Assembly (NCBI GenBank): GCA_963817895.1
Contig: CAWFQB010000005.1
Location: 1-64,000 of the forward strand
Reading direction: 5' to 3'
Length of the DNA stretch: 64,000 bases
Source of the DNA: an uncultured Chthonomonadaceae bacterium
GTDB lineage: Bacteria; Armatimonadota; Chthonomonadetes; Chthonomonadales; Chthonomonadaceae
The notes under the pieces were generated by a model. That model saw nothing but the letters and a program-made list of their open reading frames with translations. It was not told the DNA's origin and searched no databases. Positions 48,979 to 58,300 of this stretch are shown here, in pieces. How positions within the stretch are numbered: the stretch's first letter is position 1; every line of letters starts with the position of its first letter. A program made the position numbers and the translations under genes.

Positions 48979-50322
48979 ATGACTTTTGAACCGCTTTCTC
49001 GACGAACGTTTCTGCGCGGCGTTGGCACGGCTATGGCGCTGCCGTTTCTGGACTCCATGCTGCCCCTGAACGCTCTTGCGCAGTCGGCGACTAAAGCCGC
49101 GCGGGTCAATCGCATGGCCTTCATCTTCGTGCCGAACGGTGTCAACATTCCCATGTGGACACCCGTTGCCGAAGGCGCGTTGGAATTGTCGCCCACGCTG
49201 GCCTCCATGTCGAGCGTGAAGAGCAAACTGAACGTCCTGACCGGGCTGGCGCAGCACAACGCGTTCGCGCTTGGCGACGGCGGCGGCGACCATGCCCGCA
49301 GCGCGGCGACATGGCTGACCGGCTGCCACCCGCGCAAAACCGATGGCGCGGACATCAAGGCGGGTATCTCGGTTGACCAACTGGCGGCGATGAAGGTGGG
49401 GCGGCAGACGCCGTTCGCCTCTCTGGAATTGGGCTGTGAGCGGGGCGCGCAATCCGGCAACTGCGATTCCGGTTATAGCTGCGCGTATTCGTCCAGCATC
49501 TCGTGGCGTGGTGACAGCACTCCGAACGCGCACGAGGTAGACCCCCGCGCCGTGTTCGAGCGATTGTTCGGCAACAACGACCCGAACGAAACAGCGGAAA
49601 GCCGGATGCGCCGACAGGGTTTCAAGCGTTCTGTTCTGGATTTTGTTCTGGAAGACGCCAACAAACTGAAAAAGCAGTTGGGCGCGAAAGACCAGACCAA
49701 ACTGGACGAGTATTTCACGGGTGTCCGCGAGATTGAAGACCGCCTTGCCCGCGTGGAGAAAATGAATTCGGGCGCGTCCCTGAGCGCGAAAGCGCCTGCG
49801 GGCGTTCCGCCGGAGTTCGGCGAACATATCCGCCTGATGTTCGACATGATGACGCTGGCGTATCAGGCCGACCTGACCCGCGTTTGCACCTTTATGATCT
49901 GCAACGACGGCAGCAACCGCAACTACAAGGACGTGGGCGTATCGGAAGGCCACCACGACATGTCCCATCACGGTGGCGATGCGTACAAGCAGGCGCAGGT
50001 TGCCAAAATCAACAAGTTCCATGCCGATCAGGTAGCCTACTTCCTGAACAAGCTGGACAGCATCCACGAGCCGAACGGAACCCTGCTGGACAACTCGATG
50101 GTGATGTACGGCGCGGGCATCAGCGACGGCGACCGCCACAACCACGACAACCTGCCGATTCTGCTGGCGGGCGGCGGCGCGGGTACGTTGAAGACGGGAC
50201 TGCATCAGAAATTCGCGCAGGACACCCCGCTCAACAACCTGTTCCTGTCCCTGCTCGACCGAATGGGCGTCCACGCCGAAACCATCGGCGACAGCACCGG
50301 CAGATTGACCACCCTGATCTAA
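48979..50322 (+). CDS. DUF1552 (HxxSHH) protein with Tat-like signal
   Basis: LSRRTFLRG..LPFLDSM, HHDMSHH and GTLLDNS motifs. Confidence 0.92.
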   Translation: MTFEPLSRRTFLRGVGTAMALPFLDSMLPLNALAQSATKAARVNRMAFIFVPNGVNIPMWTPVAEGALELSPTLASMSSVKSKLNVLTGLAQHNAFALGDGGGDHARSAATWLTGCHPRKTDGADIKAGISVDQLAAMKVGRQTPFASLELGCERGAQSGNCDSGYSCAYSSSISWRGDSTPNAHEVDPRAVFERLFGNNDPNETAESRMRRQGFKRSVLDFVLEDANKLKKQLGAKDQTKLDEYFTGVREIEDRLARVEKMNSGASLSAKAPAGVPPEFGEHIRLMFDMMTLAYQADLTRVCTFMICNDGSNRNYKDVGVSEGHHDMSHHGGDAYKQAQVAKINKFHADQVAYFLNKLDSIHEPNGTLLDNSMVMYGAGISDGDRHNHDNLPILLAGGGAGTLKTGLHQKFAQDTPLNNLFLSLLDRMGVHAETIGDSTGRLTTLI

Positions 50323-50366
50323 GCCGTTCCTAAATCAGCGCGAAGCGGCGCTGACACATGTAACCC

Positions 50367-50408
50367 CAATGCCGGAATAAGATAATGCTTGTTCCGGCAT
50401 TGCTGTTT
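50367..50408 (+). terminator. Intrinsic terminator
   Basis: CAATGCCGGAATAAG / CTTGTTCCGGCATTG. Confidence 0.7.
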
Positions 50409-50446
50409 CACAACAAAAAGCAGAGTCGCAAGGGAAGGTTACGCGA

Positions 50447-50716
50447 ATGTCTCAAGACCAATACAGCCGTGAGGAGATTGCGCGATTGGGCAATGAAATC
50501 TATCGGCGTGACATACGCGACAAAGTAATGCCGCAGCACAAAGGCAAGTTTCTGGTGTTGGACATTGAATCTGGCGATTACGAAATGGATGTCGACGATC
50601 TGAGCGCGGAAGAAACGCTGCAAACGCGGCGACCGGACGGCGTTCTGTTCGGCCTGCGTATCGGCTACACGTCCGCGTACACGTTGGCAGGGCGCATGGT
50701 GGAAGAAGCCGCATGA
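50447..50716 (+). CDS. Small DUF5678-like protein, copy 1
   Basis: YSREEIARLGNEIY..GKFLVLDIESGDYE..LRIG; ATGA overlap with the protease. Confidence 0.75.
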   Translation: MSQDQYSREEIARLGNEIYRRDIRDKVMPQHKGKFLVLDIESGDYEMDVDDLSAEETLQTRRPDGVLFGLRIGYTSAYTLAGRMVEEAA

Positions 50717-50958
50717 TTACCGGAGTCGTGAATGTTAAACTGGAAGCGACAATCCCGCTAAAAGTGGTTGGGGCGAACGGTTATTCTCAAACCATTGTAC
50801 CGGTTATAGACACGGGCTACAATGGCGCGCTTACCTTGCCACTTGCGATAATACAGGCGCTTGATTTACGGCAAGGCGCATCCCGTGAAGTCACGCTTGG
50901 GGATGCCAGCCGTCAAATATTCGACTACTACAACTTTGTATGGAGGAACAAAATATGA
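50713..50958 (+). pseudogene. Clan AA aspartic protease, 3'-truncated
   Basis: VIDTGYNGALTLP and TLGDA motifs; C-terminal LLG motif missing. Confidence 0.75.
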
Positions 50959-51236
50959 TTGTGCGCTCACCTCGCTACTCGAAAGAGGAATTTGCCCAAC
51001 GCGGCGATGAAATTTATAACCGTGACATTCGTTCGCAGGTGGATACTGAACAGAACAAAGGCAAGTTTGTTGCCATTGACATTGAAACTAGCTCATGGGA
51101 AATGGACGCCGACGAACTAACTGCCGGCGACCGTTTATTTGCGCGTATCCCCGATGCGCAAACGTGGATGGTGCGGGTGGGTTACGGCTATCTGCGGCGC
51201 TTCGGCGCGGGGCGCAGTCGGAGGGCGACAGGATGA
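50955..51236 (+). CDS. Small DUF5678-like protein, copy 2
   Basis: YSKEEFAQRGDEIY..GKFVAIDIET..VRVG; GGAGG RBS. Confidence 0.78.
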   Translation: MIVRSPRYSKEEFAQRGDEIYNRDIRSQVDTEQNKGKFVAIDIETSSWEMDADELTAGDRLFARIPDAQTWMVRVGYGYLRRFGAGRSRRATG

Positions 51237-51607
51237 CGGGAATTGTTACCACTGACCGTGAAGCCATTCTCGAAGTGTCGGTACTTGATGTCGGCGGACA
51301 GGAACAGAAGTACCCCTCAGTTGTGGATACCGGCTTTACAGGCTGGCTGACTTTGCCGCCGGATGTGATTGCCGCGTTAGGATTGACATGGCGAGAGCGG
51401 GGCGGCGCAATGCTTGCGGATGGAAGCCATACCTTTTTCGATGTTTACAATGCTACCGTGATATGGGATGGGCAGCCAGTGACTATTCCCGTTGATGAAG
51501 TAGACTCTGATCCGCTTTTGGGCATGTCACTGATGTACGGTTAAGAATTGGCGCTGCCCGTTTTGGATGGCGCAACGTTCGTTCTGAGACGGATTGCGAA
51601 TCCGTAA
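51233..51607 (+). CDS. Clan AA aspartic protease with internal TAA at 51542
   Basis: VVDTGFTGWLTLP, LADGS, WDG and PLLGMSLMYG motifs; frame continues past the stop (ELALPVLDGATFVL). Confidence 0.8.
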
Positions 51608-51740
51608 CAAAATCATTCTTAAAGTGGAAACACGCCGTATTCTTGCCACGATGGGGGCTAATATCTGAACCATGTCGAAAGATGCCGTTGAGGTTGCCGA
51701 ATAATATATTGACAATACCCTGCCTTTAGTAGAGTAAGCA

Positions 51741-51911
51741 GTGGCGTATCAGCAGATGGCTCAGGACGAAGGGCGCGAAGCCGCAGCATTGGAATGGGCC
51801 AAAGCCGTTGAAGGTATCCGGCGCGGGTGGGAAGCGTGTGAACAGGGGCAAAGTCGTCCGTTCCACGAGTTTGCTGCCGAACAACGCGCGAAATTTAATC
51901 TGCCGTCATAA
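51741..51911 (+). pseudogene. Antitoxin-like remnant
   Basis: AYQQMAQDEGREAAALEWA joined to AVEGIRRGWEACEQGQSRPF. Confidence 0.4.
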
Positions 51912-51975
51912 TTGAAAACGGCAATGATGTACGTGGATACCTTGCGTGAAGTGGCCTGTGACGCTTAACAAGATG

Positions 51976-52004
51976 TTGACTCTCGGACACACAACAGGTA
52001 CAAT
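51976..52004 (+). promoter_or_regulatory. Sigma70 promoter
   Basis: TTGACT-N17-TACAAT. Confidence 0.7.
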
Positions 52005-52044
52005 CGGCAATACCTAAAAGAAGTAGAGTGCCAGAGGGGAGTTC

Positions 52045-53877
52045 TTGCCTGTGAATTGTCGGTTTCACGAGAAGCGGTTTCGCGCCGCTTTCGCCAGAAT
52101 AAATTATGCTGCGCTGTTACCCGGCATCGGGGCTGCCCTGTGCGCGGGTTTTTTGCTGTGTAGTCCGGCGTTTGGACGGGCGCAGAGCATGCCCGACCTT
52201 GCCCGCAACGCCAATCTCGCGATGGGTGGGCAGGGGCGGCTGATGTGGGTGGACGGCACGGCGAACGTCACGCGGACGATACAGGAGAATGGCCGGACGC
52301 GCGTTGTGGACTATACGACGACAAAAGAGGGCGTTGCCGAAGTCGTGCGCCGGTGCAAAGCCGCGCATATCAATACCATTGTCGTGGATGTCAAGCCGCT
52401 TTCCGGGCAGGTGCTGTATCGCAGCAAAACCACGCCGCGCATGACCGATTGGAAAGGCCATCCGGTTCCCGACTTCGATGTGCTGGCCGCGTTTATCGAA
52501 GAGGGGCATAAGGCAGGGCTGCAAGTAGACGCCTGCATCAACACACTCAGCGAGGGACACAAGTATTTCAACACGGGGCTGGCGTATCAGCATCCCGACT
52601 GGCAAAGCATGGTTTATACCATTGACCGGGGCATGAACCTGTCCAATGGCGCGCGGCTCTCCATACGCGCGCCCGGCGAACCCGATGATGCCGCCAAACC
52701 TACCCTCCTTGCGGGCGGGAAATCGGTTGTCGGGGATGAGCCGAGCGGCCTGACGGGATTAGAGGGGCCGGATACGGGCGACGAACCGAGCGGCGCGACA
52801 GTCGGGCAACAGATCAACGTAGTCGTGGACGGCAACAGCCGGATCGCGGGCATGGTGGACAGCGCGTTATTGGGTGACGATCCGCTTGTCGCGCCGGAGG
52901 GCGGGCGACTGATTACGGCCACGCGGGACAGCGACCGCGAATGGCTGGGGCGCAACGTGAAGCCGGGGCAAACCGTCCGCTTTGATATGCGTACCGGCCT
53001 GACGCCCATCACGCAGGCTCCCAGTGAAAAGGTATCGTGCTTCGTCAATCCATTGCACCCCGATGCCCGACGGCACGAACTGGATGTCGTCCGTGAAATC
53101 GTGGGCGGCTATGACATAGATGGGTTTGTATTGGATCGCTGCCGCTTCAGCAACCTGTACAACGATTTCAGCGACCGGACGCGGGAGGCGTTCGAGCAGT
53201 TTATCCACCGGCCCGTTTCCCGCTGGCCGCAGGATGTTTTCGCGTTCAATCCGACTCCGGGCGGCGACATTATCAAGGGGCCGCTGTATAAGCCCTGGCT
53301 GGAATTCCGCGCCCGCGTCATCCGCGATCTGGTAGCCGAAATCGCCAAAACCGCCCGGACGCTGAAACCGGGAATCATCCTTGGAACCTACGTTGGCTCG
53401 TGGTATCCCTCCTACTATCAGGTGGGCGTCAATTGGGGCAGCGACAAAACCAATCTGCGCTACTCGTGGTTTACGCCCGATTATCCGCGCACGGGCTACG
53501 CCGAGTTCTTCGATTGGATTTCTACCGGCTGCTACTATCCCGTCGCCACCCGAACGGACGCGCGGCAGGAGGGTTTGAGCGACCGGGGAACCGTCGAGTA
53601 CGCGGCGGAATTGTCCAATCAGGCGGTTGCCAATGGCGCGTTCGTGTATCCCGGCGTATACGTGAAGGACTACGTCAGCCACCCGGACGTGTTTATTCGC
53701 GCATTGGAAGCGGCAGGCAAGCAGGGGCAGGGCTGGATGATCTTCGACCTGTCCTATATTGACGAGTACAACTGGTGGCCCGTGCTGGAAAAAGCCTTCA
53801 GCAAAGACATGCCCACGCCTGACCGGAATCCTGACGTTCTGAGCGCGATACGCAGCGCGATGGATGCCGCAAAATAG
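52045..53877 (+). CDS. GHL10/DUF187-like glycoside hydrolase
   Basis: INTIVVDVKP..G.VLY.S, FDVLAAFIEEGHKAGL, FVNPLHP and YDIDGFVLDRCRF motifs. Confidence 0.82.
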   Translation: MPVNCRFHEKRFRAAFARINYAALLPGIGAALCAGFLLCSPAFGRAQSMPDLARNANLAMGGQGRLMWVDGTANVTRTIQENGRTRVVDYTTTKEGVAEVVRRCKAAHINTIVVDVKPLSGQVLYRSKTTPRMTDWKGHPVPDFDVLAAFIEEGHKAGLQVDACINTLSEGHKYFNTGLAYQHPDWQSMVYTIDRGMNLSNGARLSIRAPGEPDDAAKPTLLAGGKSVVGDEPSGLTGLEGPDTGDEPSGATVGQQINVVVDGNSRIAGMVDSALLGDDPLVAPEGGRLITATRDSDREWLGRNVKPGQTVRFDMRTGLTPITQAPSEKVSCFVNPLHPDARRHELDVVREIVGGYDIDGFVLDRCRFSNLYNDFSDRTREAFEQFIHRPVSRWPQDVFAFNPTPGGDIIKGPLYKPWLEFRARVIRDLVAEIAKTARTLKPGIILGTYVGSWYPSYYQVGVNWGSDKTNLRYSWFTPDYPRTGYAEFFDWISTGCYYPVATRTDARQEGLSDRGTVEYAAELSNQAVANGAFVYPGVYVKDYVSHPDVFIRALEAAGKQGQGWMIFDLSYIDEYNWWPVLEKAFSKDMPTPDRNPDVLSAIRSAMDAAK

Positions 53878-54058
53878 GAAACAGGGAAAAAGGAGAAAAC
53901 AACGTTATTGCCTCACCTGACGCATGCGCGCTCGTGTCTTTATTTCTTGTGTGGCGTTCGCTGTCAGGTCTCCTTCCGCGCTGTAGCCGACGTTGGGGAG
54001 AGGCTGCGCTTTGTATGCAGTCGCTTCCTCTCTCCTCTTCTGCTTATTCCTTATCCCT

Positions 54059-56071
54059 TTATATGGGAAATGCGCGGTAGGTTTGTATTCCCAACACGCT
54101 GCCGTAGATGGCCCACACGCTGCCCGTAATGTAGTCGCCTAAAATCAGGCCGATGAAAAAGGGGATGAACTGGCGGTACGATTTCATGCCGCCGTAGCGC
54201 ACGATCAGCGATTTGATGAACCAGCCGACGAGCGTGGCGCACCACAGCCATTCCATCGTGGCCGTACCCGCCACCGCGTACCCGATGGGATGGAACGGCC
54301 ACCAGATGAACCGTTGCCGCAGGAAAATCAACGCGCCCGTGACTATAAAGCCCAGCGTCACGCCCTCCATGCGCGGGAAATCCGGTTTGGTCGGGTTGTC
54401 CAGAACGTCCTTTAGTTGCCGCCAGGGGACGTTGCCCATGTCCGTGCGCCAGTTGTTCACTTTGGCGGTTGCCGCCCCGTACTGGTAATAGCACGTCAGC
54501 GTGGACGCCCAGGACGCCAGAGCGCCGATAACCGTTGCCAGCACGATCACGGCGGCAAGGTGTTTGAGGTTCATGCGGCTGGACTCGCCGATCTTCATGG
54601 CTTCCAGTTGGTTCGGCATCACGGTCGTACGCATGTCCAGGTCGTGCCACAGCACCATGTTCAGGCCGACGTGATCCTGCATGGAGAAAGCCGACGAGCC
54701 GACGCCGGCTTTCATCAGGTCATGCACATTCATATACGGCCCGAAGCCCCAGGGCAGCCCCGCTTCCGCCCGGATGCGCGTAAACGTGATGACGTACAAA
54801 TAATACAGAAAAAAGTACACGGTCGGCACAAGCCACGACATGCCGATGGCGATGCCGAACCCGATGAGGAACAGATACCCCGCCACCCCGCCCAGTATGG
54901 CGACGCGGTACGGCATGGCCTCGTTCGCGTCGTTCAGGGCGTTGGCGGAACCGGGTTTCATGTGGCGGAATACGTTTAGCAGGGCGGTTTTGAGCGGCTG
55001 TCTCATGCCGTACAGCGCAAACAGGGCGACGCCCAGAAACGCGCCCGCCGACTGTTCCCCAACGTACGGCATCCGGCTTGCCGCCTGACTCGCGCCCGCG
55101 TCGTGATAGCCCAATCCCGTCGCCATCACGTTCTGAAACTTGCCGAACAGGTAGAAAAACCACAGCGAAAACGCGACATCCAGCGGCAGAAAGTACGTCA
55201 GGCCAATCACAAGCGGGTAAAACGAGAGTTGCAGTGTGCCGATGCCGCTCCAGGGCGCTGCGCCGACAAAAAACGGCGTCAGGTTCAGGCGCTGGTCGGA
55301 CGGCTTGATGGGGAAGAACGGAACGCTCGGATACAGATAGTTCAGGCTGGCGAGGGTTTCCAGCACAACCGGAATCATGAACCCGATCCACAACTGCTTG
55401 TTCATAAACAGCGCGCCGGAACCGCCATCCCGCGCGATTTCCAGCGGCAACTGCGTAATCGGGAAACTCAACCGCTCCTGATCCATCCACTGGCGGCGTA
55501 TCAGCACGTTGAGGCACAGCATTACCCACAGCAATACGACGATAAAACCGGTCCACACAAGCACGGGCGACAGCCAGCCGGAAATATGTTCCCATGTCCA
55601 GAACGTGCTTTGCCCGGTATAAAAGGCTTTGGTGACGCTTTCGTTCGGCATCAGCCAGGGACGGACGACGGGCAGAAACCGCTCCTTCCACTTGTTTTCG
55701 GGCGTTCCGTAATAAAAGATGTTGCCGGTGAAGGGGGTTAAAAACTGCATCATGCCGATGCCCGATATGCCTATCGAGACGGTCTGCATGACATAGATGT
55801 ACATCAATTCGGCCTGCGCAAAGGCGAAGCGGGGCAGAAAACGCTTCAGGCCGAAGTTGACAAGCAGCAGGACGAACAAAACGAACACGACGGCGATAAT
55901 CAGCGACATAGCCGCCAGATCGGTAGCCTGCGCGACGATTTCCGTGTATTCCACCCACAAACACATCAGGGGAATCAGCAGAATGCCGATAATCAAGGCG
56001 CGAAGGGTTATGCCTTCCCGCCGAATCGCGTTGTTCGCGGGCGTGGGGGAAGTGTCGGGCGTCGTTGCCAA
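54059..56071 (-). CDS. Polytopic membrane protein, DUF6785/DUF6784-like (putative transporter)
   Basis: RRQWMDQERLSFPI, RIRAEAG, WWPFHPIGY and PFFIGLILGD motifs; TTG start after GAAAGGA. Confidence 0.8.
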   Translation of the reverse strand: MATTPDTSPTPANNAIRREGITLRALIIGILLIPLMCLWVEYTEIVAQATDLAAMSLIIAVVFVLFVLLLVNFGLKRFLPRFAFAQAELMYIYVMQTVSIGISGIGMMQFLTPFTGNIFYYGTPENKWKERFLPVVRPWLMPNESVTKAFYTGQSTFWTWEHISGWLSPVLVWTGFIVVLLWVMLCLNVLIRRQWMDQERLSFPITQLPLEIARDGGSGALFMNKQLWIGFMIPVVLETLASLNYLYPSVPFFPIKPSDQRLNLTPFFVGAAPWSGIGTLQLSFYPLVIGLTYFLPLDVAFSLWFFYLFGKFQNVMATGLGYHDAGASQAASRMPYVGEQSAGAFLGVALFALYGMRQPLKTALLNVFRHMKPGSANALNDANEAMPYRVAILGGVAGYLFLIGFGIAIGMSWLVPTVYFFLYYLYVITFTRIRAEAGLPWGFGPYMNVHDLMKAGVGSSAFSMQDHVGLNMVLWHDLDMRTTVMPNQLEAMKIGESSRMNLKHLAAVIVLATVIGALASWASTLTCYYQYGAATAKVNNWRTDMGNVPWRQLKDVLDNPTKPDFPRMEGVTLGFIVTGALIFLRQRFIWWPFHPIGYAVAGTATMEWLWCATLVGWFIKSLIVRYGGMKSYRQFIPFFIGLILGDYITGSVWAIYGSVLGIQTYRAFPI

Positions 56072-56112
56072 GCGCGTCAGTCCTTTCAAAACGGGAAGGT
56101 TACTGCGCCTTT

Positions 56113-56139
56113 ATTCACCGCATGGCAAGAGATTTCCTG
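56113..56139 (-). promoter_or_regulatory. SigH-like promoter
   Basis: CAGGAA-N15-GTGAAT. Confidence 0.6.
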
Positions 56140-56191
56140 CGCATAGCGTAGGCATACCGACTGGTTGTTTCTGGTCGTTTATCGCGCTGTT

Positions 56192-56614
56192 TCAGACAGA
56201 CCAATCTTCGCATCGAAGATTGGGAATACGGGCAAAGTCGGAAAGGTTGCGGGTCAGAAGAACAGCATCGTTGGCAAGGGCGATGGCCGCAATCTGTAAA
56301 TCTTTTGTACCGACGCGCAAACGCGCCTGCCGCAGCCGCTCGAATTCGTCGGCTGCCTTTTCGTCATATTCGATGACAGCGATGTCACAGTAGTTTCTTA
56401 ACTGACGCTTGAGTTCGGCATAAACCATAATCTGCCGCGCAGGCGGCGACACCGGCGCGGTGCGAGGCAGCCAGCCCCGCGTTTGCTCTTCATAACTGAT
56501 AATTGTGGTGGCGATGTCATCGAGCGGAAGCGCGCGAAGTCGCGCCTGAATGTGCCTGCACTCCACGCCGCCGCGCTCCAGCAAACTCATGTGGTCTGTG
56601 TCAAACAGATGCAT
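56192..56614 (-). CDS. VapC/PIN-domain toxin
   Basis: MHLFDTD, TIISYEE and DLQIAAIAL..LLTRNLSDF motifs. Confidence 0.92.
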   Translation of the reverse strand: MHLFDTDHMSLLERGGVECRHIQARLRALPLDDIATTIISYEEQTRGWLPRTAPVSPPARQIMVYAELKRQLRNYCDIAVIEYDEKAADEFERLRQARLRVGTKDLQIAAIALANDAVLLTRNLSDFARIPNLRCEDWSV

Positions 56615-56825
56615 CGGGTTCTTCGTCCTCTTCCAATCGCTGCGACTGCCGCCATTCTCGCCCTAACCGCATAGCTTCTTCGTAGTCTTCGCTGTCGGCA
56701 AAAGTTCCAGCGATTTTTTCCCACCAGGGAATTGCATTGCCGTTTGTTGGTGGCAGATTGGTTTTCAATCGCTCGACTTCGGTTTCCAGTCGCGCCAGTC
56801 GTTCTTCCATAGTCGCTTCGGCCAT
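56601..56825 (-). CDS. Putative antitoxin
   Basis: AAAGGA RBS; EERLARLETEV coiled coil, PWWEKIAGTF; overlaps the toxin start. Confidence 0.75.
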   Translation of the reverse strand: MAEATMEERLARLETEVERLKTNLPPTNGNAIPWWEKIAGTFADSEDYEEAMRLGREWRQSQRLEEDEEPDASV

Positions 56826-57037
56826 AATATCACGTATCCTTTCTTTACACGTATCGCGAAAATTATACCACAGGTTTCTATTCCCTCCCTCCGGGTACTG
56901 CTCGTCGCGGGAACCGTGTATGGCGCGAAGGGTTATGCCCTCGCGCCGAACCGCGTTGTTTGCGGGCGTGGGAGCAGAGTCGGGCGTCGTTGCCACGCGC
57001 GTCAATCCTTTCAGAACGGGAAGGTTGCCGCGCGTTT

Positions 57038-57064
57038 ATTCGCCACAAGTCAGGGGATTTCCTG
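57038..57064 (-). promoter_or_regulatory. SigH-like promoter
   Basis: CAGGAA-N15-GCGAAT. Confidence 0.6.
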
Positions 57065-57208
57065 CACCGAGAAGCCAGAGGAGATAGATTAGGATGAGCT
57101 AAACAGGGCTGAACGGCATGAAGAGTTTGTTCGGGAGGATGCAACGGATGAGGAGATCAAACAGAGTGTATCGGTTGGAAGGTGAGGTACAATAAAATCT
57201 CCTAAAGG

Positions 57209-58082
57209 ATGCAAGCAACGATTACCCCGCCGCCAATGCCGGAAGAGCCGAAAGCCATGAATGAAGTTGAAAACGCTGTGCAGGAGATGTACGCCACCAC
57301 GCCCGAAGGCACGCGCGCTGCTTTTCACGGCGAAAAAGACCGCGCCGTCGCCTATTATCAGGACTACATCGCGTTTGTCCGCCATGTCGCGCCCCCTGCG
57401 CTCCATCCTGACGGCAAACCGCGCCTGCTCGACATCGGCTGCGGCTGGTCCAGCTACGCTTTCGTCGAAGCGGGCTACCACGCAACCGGCATTGACCTCA
57501 ACGCAGGGGCTTTCGAGCCGCCGCCCACCCCCGAACTCATGCTGTTGGAGGCCAGCGCGACCGACTTGCCGTTTCCCGACGACTCGTTTGATGTTGTCGC
57601 CGCGTATCAGTGCATCGAGCATGTGCCGGACCCGGAACGCGCTGCGGGAAATGCTCCGGGTGTGCAGGCCGGGCGGCGCGATCTGCATTGTCGGCCCCAA
57701 TCTTATCAGCCCGATGCTTCCCTTCAAATATACCGCCGCGTATCTGACGGGGCGTGAAAAACTCGTTTTGAAACGGACGCCCACAACTCCGCGTCACCCC
57801 TACGGCAACACGCTGTCCGAAACGCTCGCCTGTATTCCGGTCACTATGTTTCGCGCCGCGCGCAAAATTCTCGCGCCCGATGCCCGTTTTTCCATGCGCG
57901 TACCCGATACCAGGCCGCCGTTTCATGCGGACAACGACGCCTGCTATATGTGTAATCCGACGGATTTCCTGAAGTGGTTTCCAAAGCGCGGATGCGAGAT
58001 TATTCAGGTGGGCAAAGTGGGACGCCCGCCTCTCAGTTATCTATTCGCGGGCGGTGTCTGGATCGCCGTCCGAAAGAGGTAG
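57209..58082 (+). CDS. Class I SAM-dependent methyltransferase (one frameshift)
   Basis: LLDIGCG and LPFPDDSFDVV..IEHVPDP, continuing ALREMLRVCRPGG in a second frame. Confidence 0.88.
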
Positions 58083-58131
58083 CGTTACGAAACCAAATAG
58101 GCGGGGCGCATCGTTTTTAATTCTGAAAATT

Positions 58132-58287
58132 CTGTTAATTCCAATACCGTTCAAATAAGGCGTTTTTCACCTCGAAAGAAACCATGTAGGGACACAACTT
58201 GTTGTGTCCTCCTCCGTCCTTATCAAACGTGGACACAACAAGTTGTGTCCCTACAAACGCTTATTTGAACGGTATTGCTGTTAATCC
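58132..58287. mobile_element. 136-bp MITE-like element containing a GTAG REP doublet
   Basis: Terminal repeat CAATACCGTTCAAATAAG (58142-58159, reverse complement 58260-58277); flanks CTGTTAATTC/CTGTTAATCC; internal inverted pair 58185-58209 / 58231-58255. Confidence 0.82.
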
Positions 58288-58300
58288 TGTCTATTCTCTT

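Larger units (their letters stand above)
55997..57065. repeat. 144-bp direct repeat (55997-56140 and 56922-57065) flanking a toxin-antitoxin pair
   Basis: Ungapped alignment with about 19 mismatches by manual count; each copy holds a promoter, RBS and first 25 codons. Confidence 0.93.

Noticed and set aside
48916..50274. Long antisense ORFs (also 27534-28964, 35943-36989, 58763-59947)
   Set aside because: Shadow ORFs of high-GC genes on the opposite strand with no recognisable motifs
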